From: Candidatus Paceibacter sp.
GTDB lineage: Bacteria; Patescibacteriota; Minisyncoccia; UBA9983
Length of the DNA: 50,647 nucleotides
Reading direction: 5' to 3'
Assembly: GCA_013360865.1 (NCBI GenBank)
Contig: JABWAS010000001.1
Span: 1-50,647 of the forward strand
The notes beneath the pieces are model-generated. The model had not been told where the DNA came from. It saw only the letters and a program-made list of their open reading frames with translations, and did no database searches. The position numbers and the translations under genes are program-made. Shown piece by piece: positions 8,075-16,111 of the stretch; within the stretch, counting starts at the first letter, position 1, and each line of letters opens with the position of its first letter.

Positions 8075-10018
8075 TCAGCCATATCTTATCACTTCTTCCG
8101 GCGGTTCGCCCCGAAACTCCTCCATTTTGTACAAATAGTCGGGGATGTCGGACAAAAAGCGGGACGGCATATTCATCTGCCGGCCGCCGTAAATCATGCG
8201 CGAAACGGCGAAAGACAAAAACAGTTTTTCTTTTGCTCTTGTCACCGCCACGTAAAAAAGCCTCCTTTCCTCCTCATCCCTCTCCCTGTCGCGCGAGCCC
8301 ATGCCGGAATGTGGGAACAACCCCTCTTCCAACCCGACGATGAAAACGTTTTTAAACTCAAGCCCTTTGGCGGCGTGCGCCGTCATCAGCCGCACTTTTT
8401 CCTCTTTATTTTCTATCGCGTCCTGCGCGCTCATCAAAGAAGCGTCTTCCAATAATTTCTGGACGCCCTCCGGCTCCGGCAGGTTGTCGTATCTGGTGGC
8501 GATGCTCACCAACTCCTTCAGGTTTTCCAGCCGTTCCTTGTCGGTACTATCTCCATTTTCCAGAAGTTCTTCCAAGCCCGATTTTTTAATGATAAAACTT
8601 ATCGCCGCCGAGGCTTTTTCTTTTCCGGTGTTTTCTTTAATGGAGTCCAGCAGGGCGAAAAAGTCCTCAAACTTTTTCTCCATCGCCGCCGGAAGTTTTT
8701 TGCCGGAAAATTTGTTCAACAAGGAAACTTTGCCTATCCCCCGCGACGGAACGTTGACCGCCCTTTTGACGCTCAATAAATCCTCTCTGTTTAACGCCGC
8801 CCGCAGGTAAGCCAGCACGTCTTTGATTTCCTTTCTTTCGTAAAACTGGGTGCCCAGCATTTGGTAGGCTATGCCGTGCTTGAGGCAGGCCTCCTCAAAC
8901 ACCCGCGACTGGAAGTTAGCGCGAAACAACACGGATATTTCCGAGGGCGAGCCGCCCCGCGCCAAAATTTCTTTTATCTTATGGGCGACAAACTCCGCCT
9001 CCTCGTACTCGCCCATCGCCTCAAACAGCGATATCTCGGCGCCTTTTTGGTTTTTAGTGTAAAGACCTTTCGGCTTGCGGACTTTGTTCTTCTCTATGAT
9101 TTTTGCCGCCGCTTCCAGGATGTTTTGAGTGGAACGGTAATTTTCTTCCAGCGCCACAGCCACGTGTTCCGGATAGTCCTTCTCAAAATTGATGATGTTG
9201 CGGAAGTCGGCCCCGCGGAAAGCGTAGATACACTGGTCCATATCGCCCACGGCGCAGATGTTTTTGTGTCTGGCGGCAAGAATCTTGGACAGCTCGTACT
9301 GGCTTTTGTTGGTGTCTTGATATTCGTCTATGAGGATATAGTCCCACAAATTTTGATAATAATCCCTTACTTCCGCGTCTTTTTTGAGCAGAAAAACCAC
9401 CTTGGAAACAAGGTCGTCAAAGTCCAGGGCTTTATGCTCTCGCAGATTTTCTTCGTACTTTTTCCAGATTTTTCCCAACACGGAGCCGAAGAAATCGGAA
9501 CCGGCTTCGGCAAAATATGATTCGGCGTCAAACAAATCCCCTTTCTGCCGCGAGATGAGCGACTGCATTTTGTTGGGCTGGAACTGCTTCGGGTCAATGC
9601 TTAATTCTTTAATCGCCTCTTTGACCATATCAAGACTGTCTTCTTTGCTTAAAATGGAAAAGTTGGCCGGAACGCCGACTTTGCTCCCGTGCTTTTTTAA
9701 AATATAAACCCCGAGCGAATGGAACGTGCTCACAAATGGATGCTGCCGTTTCCAAGGACCGTCCTTGGAATTGCCCACAACCTGAATTTTTTCCAGCAAT
9801 CCAAACACCCTCTCCCTCATCTCTCCGGCCGCTTTGTTGGTAAAGGTGATGGCCAAAATTTTTTCCGGCGCTACGCCTTGGCTTGCCATGTGGGCAATGC
9901 GGTGGCTGATGCTTTTGGTCTTGCCCGAACCGGCTCCGGCCAGCACCAAAAGCGGTCCGTCTTTATGCAAAACGACTTTCTTCTGCGCTTCATTGAGCCC
10001 GTTCAATAAAAAATCCAT
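8075..10018 (-). CDS. pcrA: ATP-dependent DNA helicase, UvrD/PcrA family
   Basis: Walker A AGAGSGKT, LNEAQ motif, DEYQDT, and C-terminal VTRAK motif. 647 aa. Confidence 0.9.
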   Translation of the reverse strand: MDFLLNGLNEAQKKVVLHKDGPLLVLAGAGSGKTKSISHRIAHMASQGVAPEKILAITFTNKAAGEMRERVFGLLEKIQVVGNSKDGPWKRQHPFVSTFHSLGVYILKKHGSKVGVPANFSILSKEDSLDMVKEAIKELSIDPKQFQPNKMQSLISRQKGDLFDAESYFAEAGSDFFGSVLGKIWKKYEENLREHKALDFDDLVSKVVFLLKKDAEVRDYYQNLWDYILIDEYQDTNKSQYELSKILAARHKNICAVGDMDQCIYAFRGADFRNIINFEKDYPEHVAVALEENYRSTQNILEAAAKIIEKNKVRKPKGLYTKNQKGAEISLFEAMGEYEEAEFVAHKIKEILARGGSPSEISVLFRANFQSRVFEEACLKHGIAYQMLGTQFYERKEIKDVLAYLRAALNREDLLSVKRAVNVPSRGIGKVSLLNKFSGKKLPAAMEKKFEDFFALLDSIKENTGKEKASAAISFIIKKSGLEELLENGDSTDKERLENLKELVSIATRYDNLPEPEGVQKLLEDASLMSAQDAIENKEEKVRLMTAHAAKGLEFKNVFIVGLEEGLFPHSGMGSRDRERDEEERRLFYVAVTRAKEKLFLSFAVSRMIYGGRQMNMPSRFLSDIPDYLYKMEEFRGEPPEEVIRYG

Positions 10019-10039
10019 TTTAAAAATAAGAAAAATAAG

Positions 10040-10507
10040 TTAAAAAATTTTCACCGGCATTCCTTCTTTTACGCCGTTCTTTTTTGCCCAGCCGGCATTC
10101 ACTTCCAGCACCAACTTCGCCGCTTTTTCCGGCAAAAATTGTTTTGGAAACGATTCTGGCAAAGCGTCTTCAGTAATGTCCGCCACTTTCAAGTCTTCAC
10201 CTATCCAGATTATGTCAATCGGAAAGTTCATATCCTTCATCCAGAAAGAATAAAAACCAGGCTTGTCAAAATAAAACAACATGCCTTTGTCCGGCTCAAG
10301 TTTTTTCCTGCCGGAAAGGCCTTTTGCCCTTTGCTCCATTGTCAAAGCCAAATCAACCCTGGCTGCCGCTCCGTTAATCCGGACATTTTTAACCTCCTCC
10401 GGCTTTTCCGCGCGCGAGGCGACTTTTTCCTGCTTGTCCGGGCCGATCAGCGCCAAAGAAGACGCTCCTAGTGCCAAAATCAGAATCAAAAATTTAACCA
10501 CCGCCAT
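10040..10507 (-). CDS. DUF192 domain protein with signal/anchor
   Basis: Core GLSGRKKLEPDKGMLFYF...FWMKDMNFPIDIIWI resembles DUF192. The N-terminus is hydrophobic. Confidence 0.7.
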   Translation of the reverse strand: MAVVKFLILILALGASSLALIGPDKQEKVASRAEKPEEVKNVRINGAAARVDLALTMEQRAKGLSGRKKLEPDKGMLFYFDKPGFYSFWMKDMNFPIDIIWIGEDLKVADITEDALPESFPKQFLPEKAAKLVLEVNAGWAKKNGVKEGMPVKIF

Positions 10508-10754
10508 ATTTTATCACAACCGGCCGGCCTGTGCATAACACCCTTGCCCAATTGACTTTTGGGCAAAAAAGAGTACGATTACCTTGTACTTTGTAAAGAT
10601 ACCTTTTCCAGAAAACCCTTGTTTTTAGCCATATTTTTGCCGAAATTGCTGAAATACCCTTATTTTTAGGCTTATTTATACTAAACCCAAAAACTCGGTT
10701 GCCGCCCTTTGTAAAAAAAGGCCTCAACGGAGCCCTATATTAAGATTTTCATCC

Positions 10755-11762
10755 ATGGCCCTACTTTTAGGAGCTGTTTTCTTTTTAGGGCAGGTTAACC
10801 TCGCGGAGGCCGGCTTTTTCTACTTTGGCTCCAGTGCCGAAGCCTCCAAACTCGGGCTTGCCTCAAAAAAAGAAACGGCCAACCTGCAAACGATGCCTCT
10901 TCTGGAAAGTTCTTTAAGCTACGAGGTCAGCAACCATAAAGGGGGCGGAGAAATTGCCATAGTCAACAACAACTCGCTTCTTCCGGAGTCCGGCCCGCTT
11001 GGCACCATGGCCGACGTGGAAGAATTAAACAGCGACTGGCAGATCAATGTTTATGTGGTGCGCGAGGGTGACACCTTATCACAGATAGCCCAGATGTTCG
11101 GAGTTTCCGTCAATACCATAATCTGGTCAAACGACATCTCCCGCGGCAGCTCCATCAAGCCGGGGCAAACGCTGGTCATTCTCCCAATCACCGGAGTAAA
11201 GTACGAAGTCAAAAAAGGAGATACGCTTAAGAGTATCGCCAAGAAACTCAACAGCGACGTGGACGAAATAATAAAATTCAACGGCCTGGACGCCGACGGG
11301 CAACTGGCAGTCGGGGAAACGATAATCGTTCCCAACGGCGAGATGCCGGCGCCGTCCGCCCCCAAAACAACCAGACCGGGGTCTAATCCCTATCGCGGCG
11401 GCAGCGGCCCTTCTTACGCCGGTTATTACATGAAACCGATTGCCGGCGGAGTAAAATCTCAAGGCTTGCACGGATACAACGGCGTTGACCTGGCCAACTC
11501 CTGCGGCACTCCGGTTTTAGCCTCCGCTTCCGGCGACGTTATCATCAGCAAAGCGGCCGGCTGGAACGGCGGTTACGGCAATTATATTGTCGTATCTCAC
11601 TCCAACGGCACCCAGACTTTATACTCACATCTTTCCACTAATATTGTTTATCCAGGCTGGCGCGTCAGCCAGGGTCAGGTCATCGGCTACGTCGGCTCCA
11701 CCGGCAAATCCACCGGCTGCCATCTGCACTTTGAAGTCAGAGGCGCGAAAAACCCCTTCTAG
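10755..11762 (+). CDS. secreted LysM-domain M23 metallopeptidase
   Basis: Signal peptide, two LysM-like repeats (YVVREGDTLSQIA; YEVKKGDTLKSIA), and M23 motifs GVDLA...GNYIVVSH...GCHLHFEV. Confidence 0.9.
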   Translation: MALLLGAVFFLGQVNLAEAGFFYFGSSAEASKLGLASKKETANLQTMPLLESSLSYEVSNHKGGGEIAIVNNNSLLPESGPLGTMADVEELNSDWQINVYVVREGDTLSQIAQMFGVSVNTIIWSNDISRGSSIKPGQTLVILPITGVKYEVKKGDTLKSIAKKLNSDVDEIIKFNGLDADGQLAVGETIIVPNGEMPAPSAPKTTRPGSNPYRGGSGPSYAGYYMKPIAGGVKSQGLHGYNGVDLANSCGTPVLASASGDVIISKAAGWNGGYGNYIVVSHSNGTQTLYSHLSTNIVYPGWRVSQGQVIGYVGSTGKSTGCHLHFEVRGAKNPF

Positions 11763-11860
11763 GCAAGGACTTTTAAACTTATGTTTACCATTCTTATTGA
11801 ATTTATAAAAATAATTATCGCGATATAAAGCCTAAACAAAAGCAGAAATAATCGTTGTCA

Positions 11861-11890
11861 AAAAAGTTCCCGCTTAGCGGGAACTTTTTT
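11861..11890. terminator. bidirectional intrinsic terminator
   Basis: AAAAA-GTTCCCG-CTTAG-CGGGAAC-TTTTTT, between the convergent M23 peptidase and Nudix genes. Confidence 0.7.
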
Positions 11891-11902
11891 CTTCCACTGG
11901 CG

Positions 11903-12292
11903 CTATAGCCATTCCTTGATATTTTTTGTTTGCGGCACGAGATTTATTGAATCAAGACTATTCTTATCAAAAAAATCATGACCAACGCACTCATCGGATT
12001 CTTTGAAGTCCGTACTTTCCAGCTTAATCCTGAAACAGAGTATGGCCTGCCACCTCTCTGTTTTGTTTTGCGCGACCCAGGCAAAGAAAGGGGTCTTGTC
12101 TAAAACTTCGCATTTTACACCAAGTTCTTCAACGCACTCTCTTTCCAGTGTTTCTTTAAAATTTTGCCCCTGCTCTATCCTGCCGCCGGGCAAATCCCAC
12201 ACGCCGGTTTTTTCCTTAATAAGCATAACCTTACCTTCATCGTTAAAAACAAGGCCTTTGATTGAAATTTGAAACAGTTTGTTTGGGTCCAT
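11903..12292 (-). CDS. Nudix hydrolase
   Basis: Nudix box GGRIEQGQNFKETLERECVEELGV. 129 aa. Confidence 0.85.
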   Translation of the reverse strand: MDPNKLFQISIKGLVFNDEGKVMLIKEKTGVWDLPGGRIEQGQNFKETLERECVEELGVKCEVLDKTPFFAWVAQNKTERWQAILCFRIKLESTDFKESDECVGHDFFDKNSLDSINLVPQTKNIKEWL

Positions 12293-12324
12293 ATTATTAT
12301 GATTATAAAATTTTATAAAAACTG

Positions 12325-12582
12325 CTACTCATAAATATCATGATTGCCGATTGAATAAAATCTAACTGTGTTTTTGTTTAAAAATTCAAAAATTATTCTA
12401 TAATCATAATTTATGGAAAAAGACCAAAATCCAATAAGTTCACCGTGGAGTTTATGTGTTTTTAGTTTCGGATCAAACGGATCTTTTCTGAAAACTTTTT
12501 CTTTCCTTTCCGCCAAATCTTGAACATCCGCCGGTAATTTCTTGTATTCCCTGCTGAACCTCGGCAGATATATAATTTTCAT
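12325..12582 (-). CDS. RelE/ParE-family type II toxin
   Basis: 85 aa. Fold signature ...KLHGELIGFWSFSINYDYRIIFEF...VRFYSIGNHDIY. The upstream RHH gene ends 6 nt before this gene starts. Confidence 0.75.
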   Translation of the reverse strand: MKIIYLPRFSREYKKLPADVQDLAERKEKVFRKDPFDPKLKTHKLHGELIGFWSFSINYDYRIIFEFLNKNTVRFYSIGNHDIYE

Positions 12583-12588
12583 AAAAAA

Positions 12589-12804
12589 TTATCTCAGGTC
12601 GTGCAACGATCTTAATACCTTTCCTTTCCCCGCCTCAAATTCTTTTTTGGCTTCTTTTAATTCTTTGGCTAATTTGTGTGTGTTCCACGCTCGTATCGCA
12701 TGCCTTATAAACTCGCTCTTGGTGGCGAATTTGCCGGATTTAACTTCTTTTTCCACTAAATCCGCCATGCTTTTAGGCAACGAAATATTTATTACGCTTC
12801 TCAT
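12589..12804 (-). CDS. ribbon-helix-helix (CopG/ParD-like) antitoxin
   Basis: 71 aa. N-terminal INISLPKSMADLVEKEV...KSEFIRHAIR is an RHH pattern. Paired with the RelE-like gene. Confidence 0.7.
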   Translation of the reverse strand: MRSVINISLPKSMADLVEKEVKSGKFATKSEFIRHAIRAWNTHKLAKELKEAKKEFEAGKGKVLRSLHDLR

Positions 12805-12894
12805 ATATTTATAGTTATAGTAACAAATTGTAATACAAAATGTTACACCTTAATAATAATTCATGTCCAATGAAAGTCAACAAGCTGTAAAACG

Positions 12895-14433
12895 TTACTT
12901 CGGCCGGTATTGAATAGCCTCCAAGATATGATTCTCACCGATATTTTCGGCTCCTTCCAGGTCGGCGATGGTGCGGGATATTTTGATGACGCGATGATAG
13001 GCGCGGGCGGAAAGGTCAAGTTTGGCGGCGGCGTTGTTTAGAATCGTCTTTGTTTTGTCTGAAAGCGAGGCGAACTTCTTAAGCTCTTTAACCCCCATCT
13101 CGCTGTTGGTTAAAATTTTTATCTCTTTCTTGCCGCTTTCTCTGAATCTTTCTTTCTGGATTTCTCTGGCCGCGACGACCCTTTTTTTGACGGCGCCGGA
13201 AGATTCCGAGGAAATGTTGTCATTGGAAAGTTTTTGATGATCCACCCGCGGCACCTCCACCCACAAATCAACTCTGTCCATAATCGGCCCGGATATTTTG
13301 CGCTGGTATCGGGCTAGCGCGCTTTGGGTGCATACGCAAGGCTTGGATTTGGAATCAAGGTTGCCGCAAGGGCACGGGTTCATGGCGCAGACCAAAATAA
13401 ATCTGGCCGGGAAGGAAACCGTCCCTTTGGCCCGGGAAACGTGAACTATCCCTTCTTCCAGCGGCTGACGCAAAGCTTCTATCACCCGCCGTTCAAACTC
13501 CGGAAATTCGTCCAAAAACAGCACTCCCCGGTGGCTTAAAGTAATTTCTCCCGGCTTGGGATAAACCCCTCCGCCGACCAAAGCGACGTAAGATGAAGTA
13601 TGGTGCGGCCCGCGAAACGGCCTTCGCAAAACAAAATCGCCGTCTAGAACTCCGGCCACGCTGTGGATCGCGGTCGTTTCCAAAATTTCTTCAAAAGACA
13701 AGGGCGGTAAAACGCAGGCAAAGGCTTTGGCCAGCATGGTTTTGCCCGTGCCGGCCGGCCCGATCATGGCGATGTTGTGGCCTCCGGCGGCGGCAATTTC
13801 CAACCCTCTTTTGGCCGTTTCCTGCCCTTTGATGTCGGCAAAATCAACCAAACTTTCAAAACCATCGTCGCCTGACTCGATTTTTGTCGCCGGCTTGGCC
13901 TTTAACTCAATTTTGTTTTCTTCGTCAAAATGGCGGATTATATCTTCCAACTTTTCGCAGCCGAAAATTTTTACACCCTCTATTAGCGCCGCTTCTTTGG
14001 CGTTTTCTTCCGGAACAAACACCTCTTTAAAACCTTTGCTTTTGGCGCGTTTTACCAAAGCCAAAACACCTTTGACTTTTCTTATGGCGCCGTCCAGCGC
14101 CAGCTCGCCCAGAAACATCTTCCCTTCCGGATCAAAATTTATCTGCTTGGAGGCCAGAAGATAAGCCAGAGCGATGCCCAAATCAAAAACCGGCCCCTCT
14201 TTTTTAAGGTCGGCCGGCGCCAGAGAAACCGTCACCCTTTGGTTTTTCTTCTGTGGAGAAACGAAGCCGGAATTTTTGACGGCCGCGGAGATCCTGTCTT
14301 TGGATTCCTCCACCGCCTTGTCGGGCAAGCCGACGATGGAAAAAGAATGCAGGCCTTGCGCCAAGTCTATTTCTATGTCCACGATATCGGCTTTTAATCC
14401 CGTCGTCTGAGCGGAGTAAACTTTGACTGACAT
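12895..14433 (-). CDS. comM: Mg-chelatase-like AAA+ ATPase YifB/ComM
   Basis: N-terminal Lon-protease-like domain, Walker A GPAGTGKT, and C-terminal ChlI-type domain. 512 aa. Confidence 0.9.
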   Translation of the reverse strand: MSVKVYSAQTTGLKADIVDIEIDLAQGLHSFSIVGLPDKAVEESKDRISAAVKNSGFVSPQKKNQRVTVSLAPADLKKEGPVFDLGIALAYLLASKQINFDPEGKMFLGELALDGAIRKVKGVLALVKRAKSKGFKEVFVPEENAKEAALIEGVKIFGCEKLEDIIRHFDEENKIELKAKPATKIESGDDGFESLVDFADIKGQETAKRGLEIAAAGGHNIAMIGPAGTGKTMLAKAFACVLPPLSFEEILETTAIHSVAGVLDGDFVLRRPFRGPHHTSSYVALVGGGVYPKPGEITLSHRGVLFLDEFPEFERRVIEALRQPLEEGIVHVSRAKGTVSFPARFILVCAMNPCPCGNLDSKSKPCVCTQSALARYQRKISGPIMDRVDLWVEVPRVDHQKLSNDNISSESSGAVKKRVVAAREIQKERFRESGKKEIKILTNSEMGVKELKKFASLSDKTKTILNNAAAKLDLSARAYHRVIKISRTIADLEGAENIGENHILEAIQYRPK

Positions 14434-14436
14434 TTA

Positions 14437-14522
14437 CCCTGTGAAATGCCCTGCGAAATAAATTTTGTTTTCAGAAACAAAATTTGATTTTTAAATTCTG
14501 ATTGAAAAATCATTTCACAGGG
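14437..14522. repeat. inverted-repeat element CCCTGTGAAATG ... CATTTCACAGGG (12-bp arms, 62-nt spacer with an inner hairpin)
   Basis: Arms at 14437-14448 and 14511-14522. The first arm lies 4 nt upstream of the comM ATG. A further direct copy of AAAATCATTTCACAGGG sits at 14611-14627. A related element is at 23660-23720. Confidence 0.75.
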
Positions 14523-14619
14523 CGATTTTAAATTAAAAATTATAATCTTCCATCTTTTGTTCTAATCACGATGAAGTAATTAAAATAGTCTATATACCAT
14601 TAAACCATTTAAAATCATT

Positions 14620-15009
14620 TCACAGGGTGAACTTTTCCGAAGCGTGCCGCATGCACTCCATCGCGGCCGGGTTGGCTTCCAATCTTTTGAATTCTATGGG
14701 GTGATCTTTGCCGTCGCCGGAGCAGATTCCATACTTACCTTCTTTTATTTTTTCCAACGCCTTATTGACAAACAGCAATCTTTCTTCCAGAGAATCTTCT
14801 ATGGCGTTGCGGTTTTCCAACTCCTCAAAGGCACTGGAAAGTTCGCCTTCCTCGGAAGTGTCCACGTCAAACTTGGCCGGAGAAACTTCCCAATCTCCGG
14901 GCACGTCCGGATTTTTCTGGCCGACTTGACCGAGTTCGGATTCCAGTTTTTTCTTTTCTTCTTCCAGTTTTTCCTTAAAATATTTGATTTTTTCTTTGGT
15001 TAACGCCAT
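14620..15009 (-). CDS. DksA/TraR-like protein with degenerate zinc finger
   Basis: Coiled-coil N-terminus followed by G-KYGIC-x...-RLEANPAAMEC. Only 2 of the 4 canonical Cys are present. The ATG at 15009 (MALTKEK) is preferred over the longer track ORF. Confidence 0.55.
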   Translation of the reverse strand: MALTKEKIKYFKEKLEEEKKKLESELGQVGQKNPDVPGDWEVSPAKFDVDTSEEGELSSAFEELENRNAIEDSLEERLLFVNKALEKIKEGKYGICSGDGKDHPIEFKRLEANPAAMECMRHASEKFTL

Positions 15010-15059
15010 AAATTTTATTTTGTGACTATGATAACAGAAAGAAAACAAAACACAACCCT

Positions 15060-15977
15060 TCACCAAGTAGCTCCGTTGTTTATGTGTTGCGGGGAAGAAA
15101 AGCGCCGGAATACTTCCGCCAAAGCGTCTTCACTTTCCGTTATCACCAGATATTTGCGGTCAATGAAAGAATAAACAAGCAATGTGTTGCCATCATCGTC
15201 TGTCAAAACCCGGGCGTCGTGGTTTTTAACATATTTGTCCGAGAAACGCCCGGAAGAATATAAAGCCGCCCCGCTGAAGAAAAAGCCGAGGTCTTTGGCT
15301 AGACTGTTTTCCCACTTCAGCATTTGGGAAAAAACATAATTATATGATTTGGCTTTAAAAACAAGGGCGGGTCGGCTTCCGTCCGCCTCTATTCTTAAAA
15401 CCATAAAATCGTCTTCCAGGTAATCGGAGAGTTCTTTTGGGAAAGATACATCCGCGAATCCGGCAAATTCCCTCCTGCCCATTCTGGCTTCATTGCTGCC
15501 GGAAACCTTCATAATGACGGCCGCGGCCGCGTCGCCTTCATTGCCGCCCTCTTCAAAAAATTGGCGAAGCTCTCTCTGGAAAACCTCCTTTTTGCCCTCT
15601 TCGGCCAAAATTTCCGTTTCGTCGTCCAAAATAATCGGGTCAACGACTGATCTGGCCCCCGCCTTACGGCCAGACTGGTTTTTCTCCGAAGAAATTTTGG
15701 TAAAGGCAAAATAGCCGCCGCCGGCCAAAACCAAAACCACCAGAAAAGAAACTAGTATTTTTTTAACCGGCAGGGAACTTTTGGTTTGTTCTTCAAAACT
15801 GACGCCCTTGGATTTAGCTTCCTCCGCCACGATATCCAACAGAGAAACGTTTTTCCCTTTGACGTATTCGGCGATGTCGCTTTCCAGCGTCCGGATAGCC
15901 CGCGGGGAGGAACTTTTGGCAACTCCGCCGCCGGTATTAGTATTTTTCGCCGCCGTTTGTGTTTCTTTGTCCTCCAT
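15060..15977 (-). CDS. hypothetical single-pass membrane protein
   Basis: 305-aa ORF with one TM helix (ILVSFLVVLVLAGGGYFAF). No recognised domain. Confidence 0.6.
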   Translation of the reverse strand: MEDKETQTAAKNTNTGGGVAKSSSPRAIRTLESDIAEYVKGKNVSLLDIVAEEAKSKGVSFEEQTKSSLPVKKILVSFLVVLVLAGGGYFAFTKISSEKNQSGRKAGARSVVDPIILDDETEILAEEGKKEVFQRELRQFFEEGGNEGDAAAAVIMKVSGSNEARMGRREFAGFADVSFPKELSDYLEDDFMVLRIEADGSRPALVFKAKSYNYVFSQMLKWENSLAKDLGFFFSGAALYSSGRFSDKYVKNHDARVLTDDDGNTLLVYSFIDRKYLVITESEDALAEVFRRFSSPQHINNGATW

Positions 15978-16111
15978 CCCGGTCAGTACAAATTATGATT
16001 GCCCATGTTTTTGGTTAAATGACAACCCAACAATTAAACAACCAAATTACTTTTTAATTTTAATGACTTTTATTATGTCCGGCAAAAACCATCATAATTT
16101 GTCCTACCGGG
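15978..16111. repeat. ~134-bp MITE-like / structured element with imperfect terminal inverted repeats, copy 1
   Basis: CCCGGTCAGTACAAATTATGAT ... ATCATAATTTGTCCTACCGGG. About 80 percent identical (by eye) to 48901-49032. The left end abuts the ATG of the 15060..15977 gene. The right end contains the pnp stop codon (16104-16106). Confidence 0.8.

Noticed and set aside
10494-10727. 77-aa minus-strand ORF in the DUF192 / M23-peptidase spacer
   Set aside because: It overlaps the DUF192 start, has odd composition and has no motif or partner signal. It is treated as non-coding promoter space.
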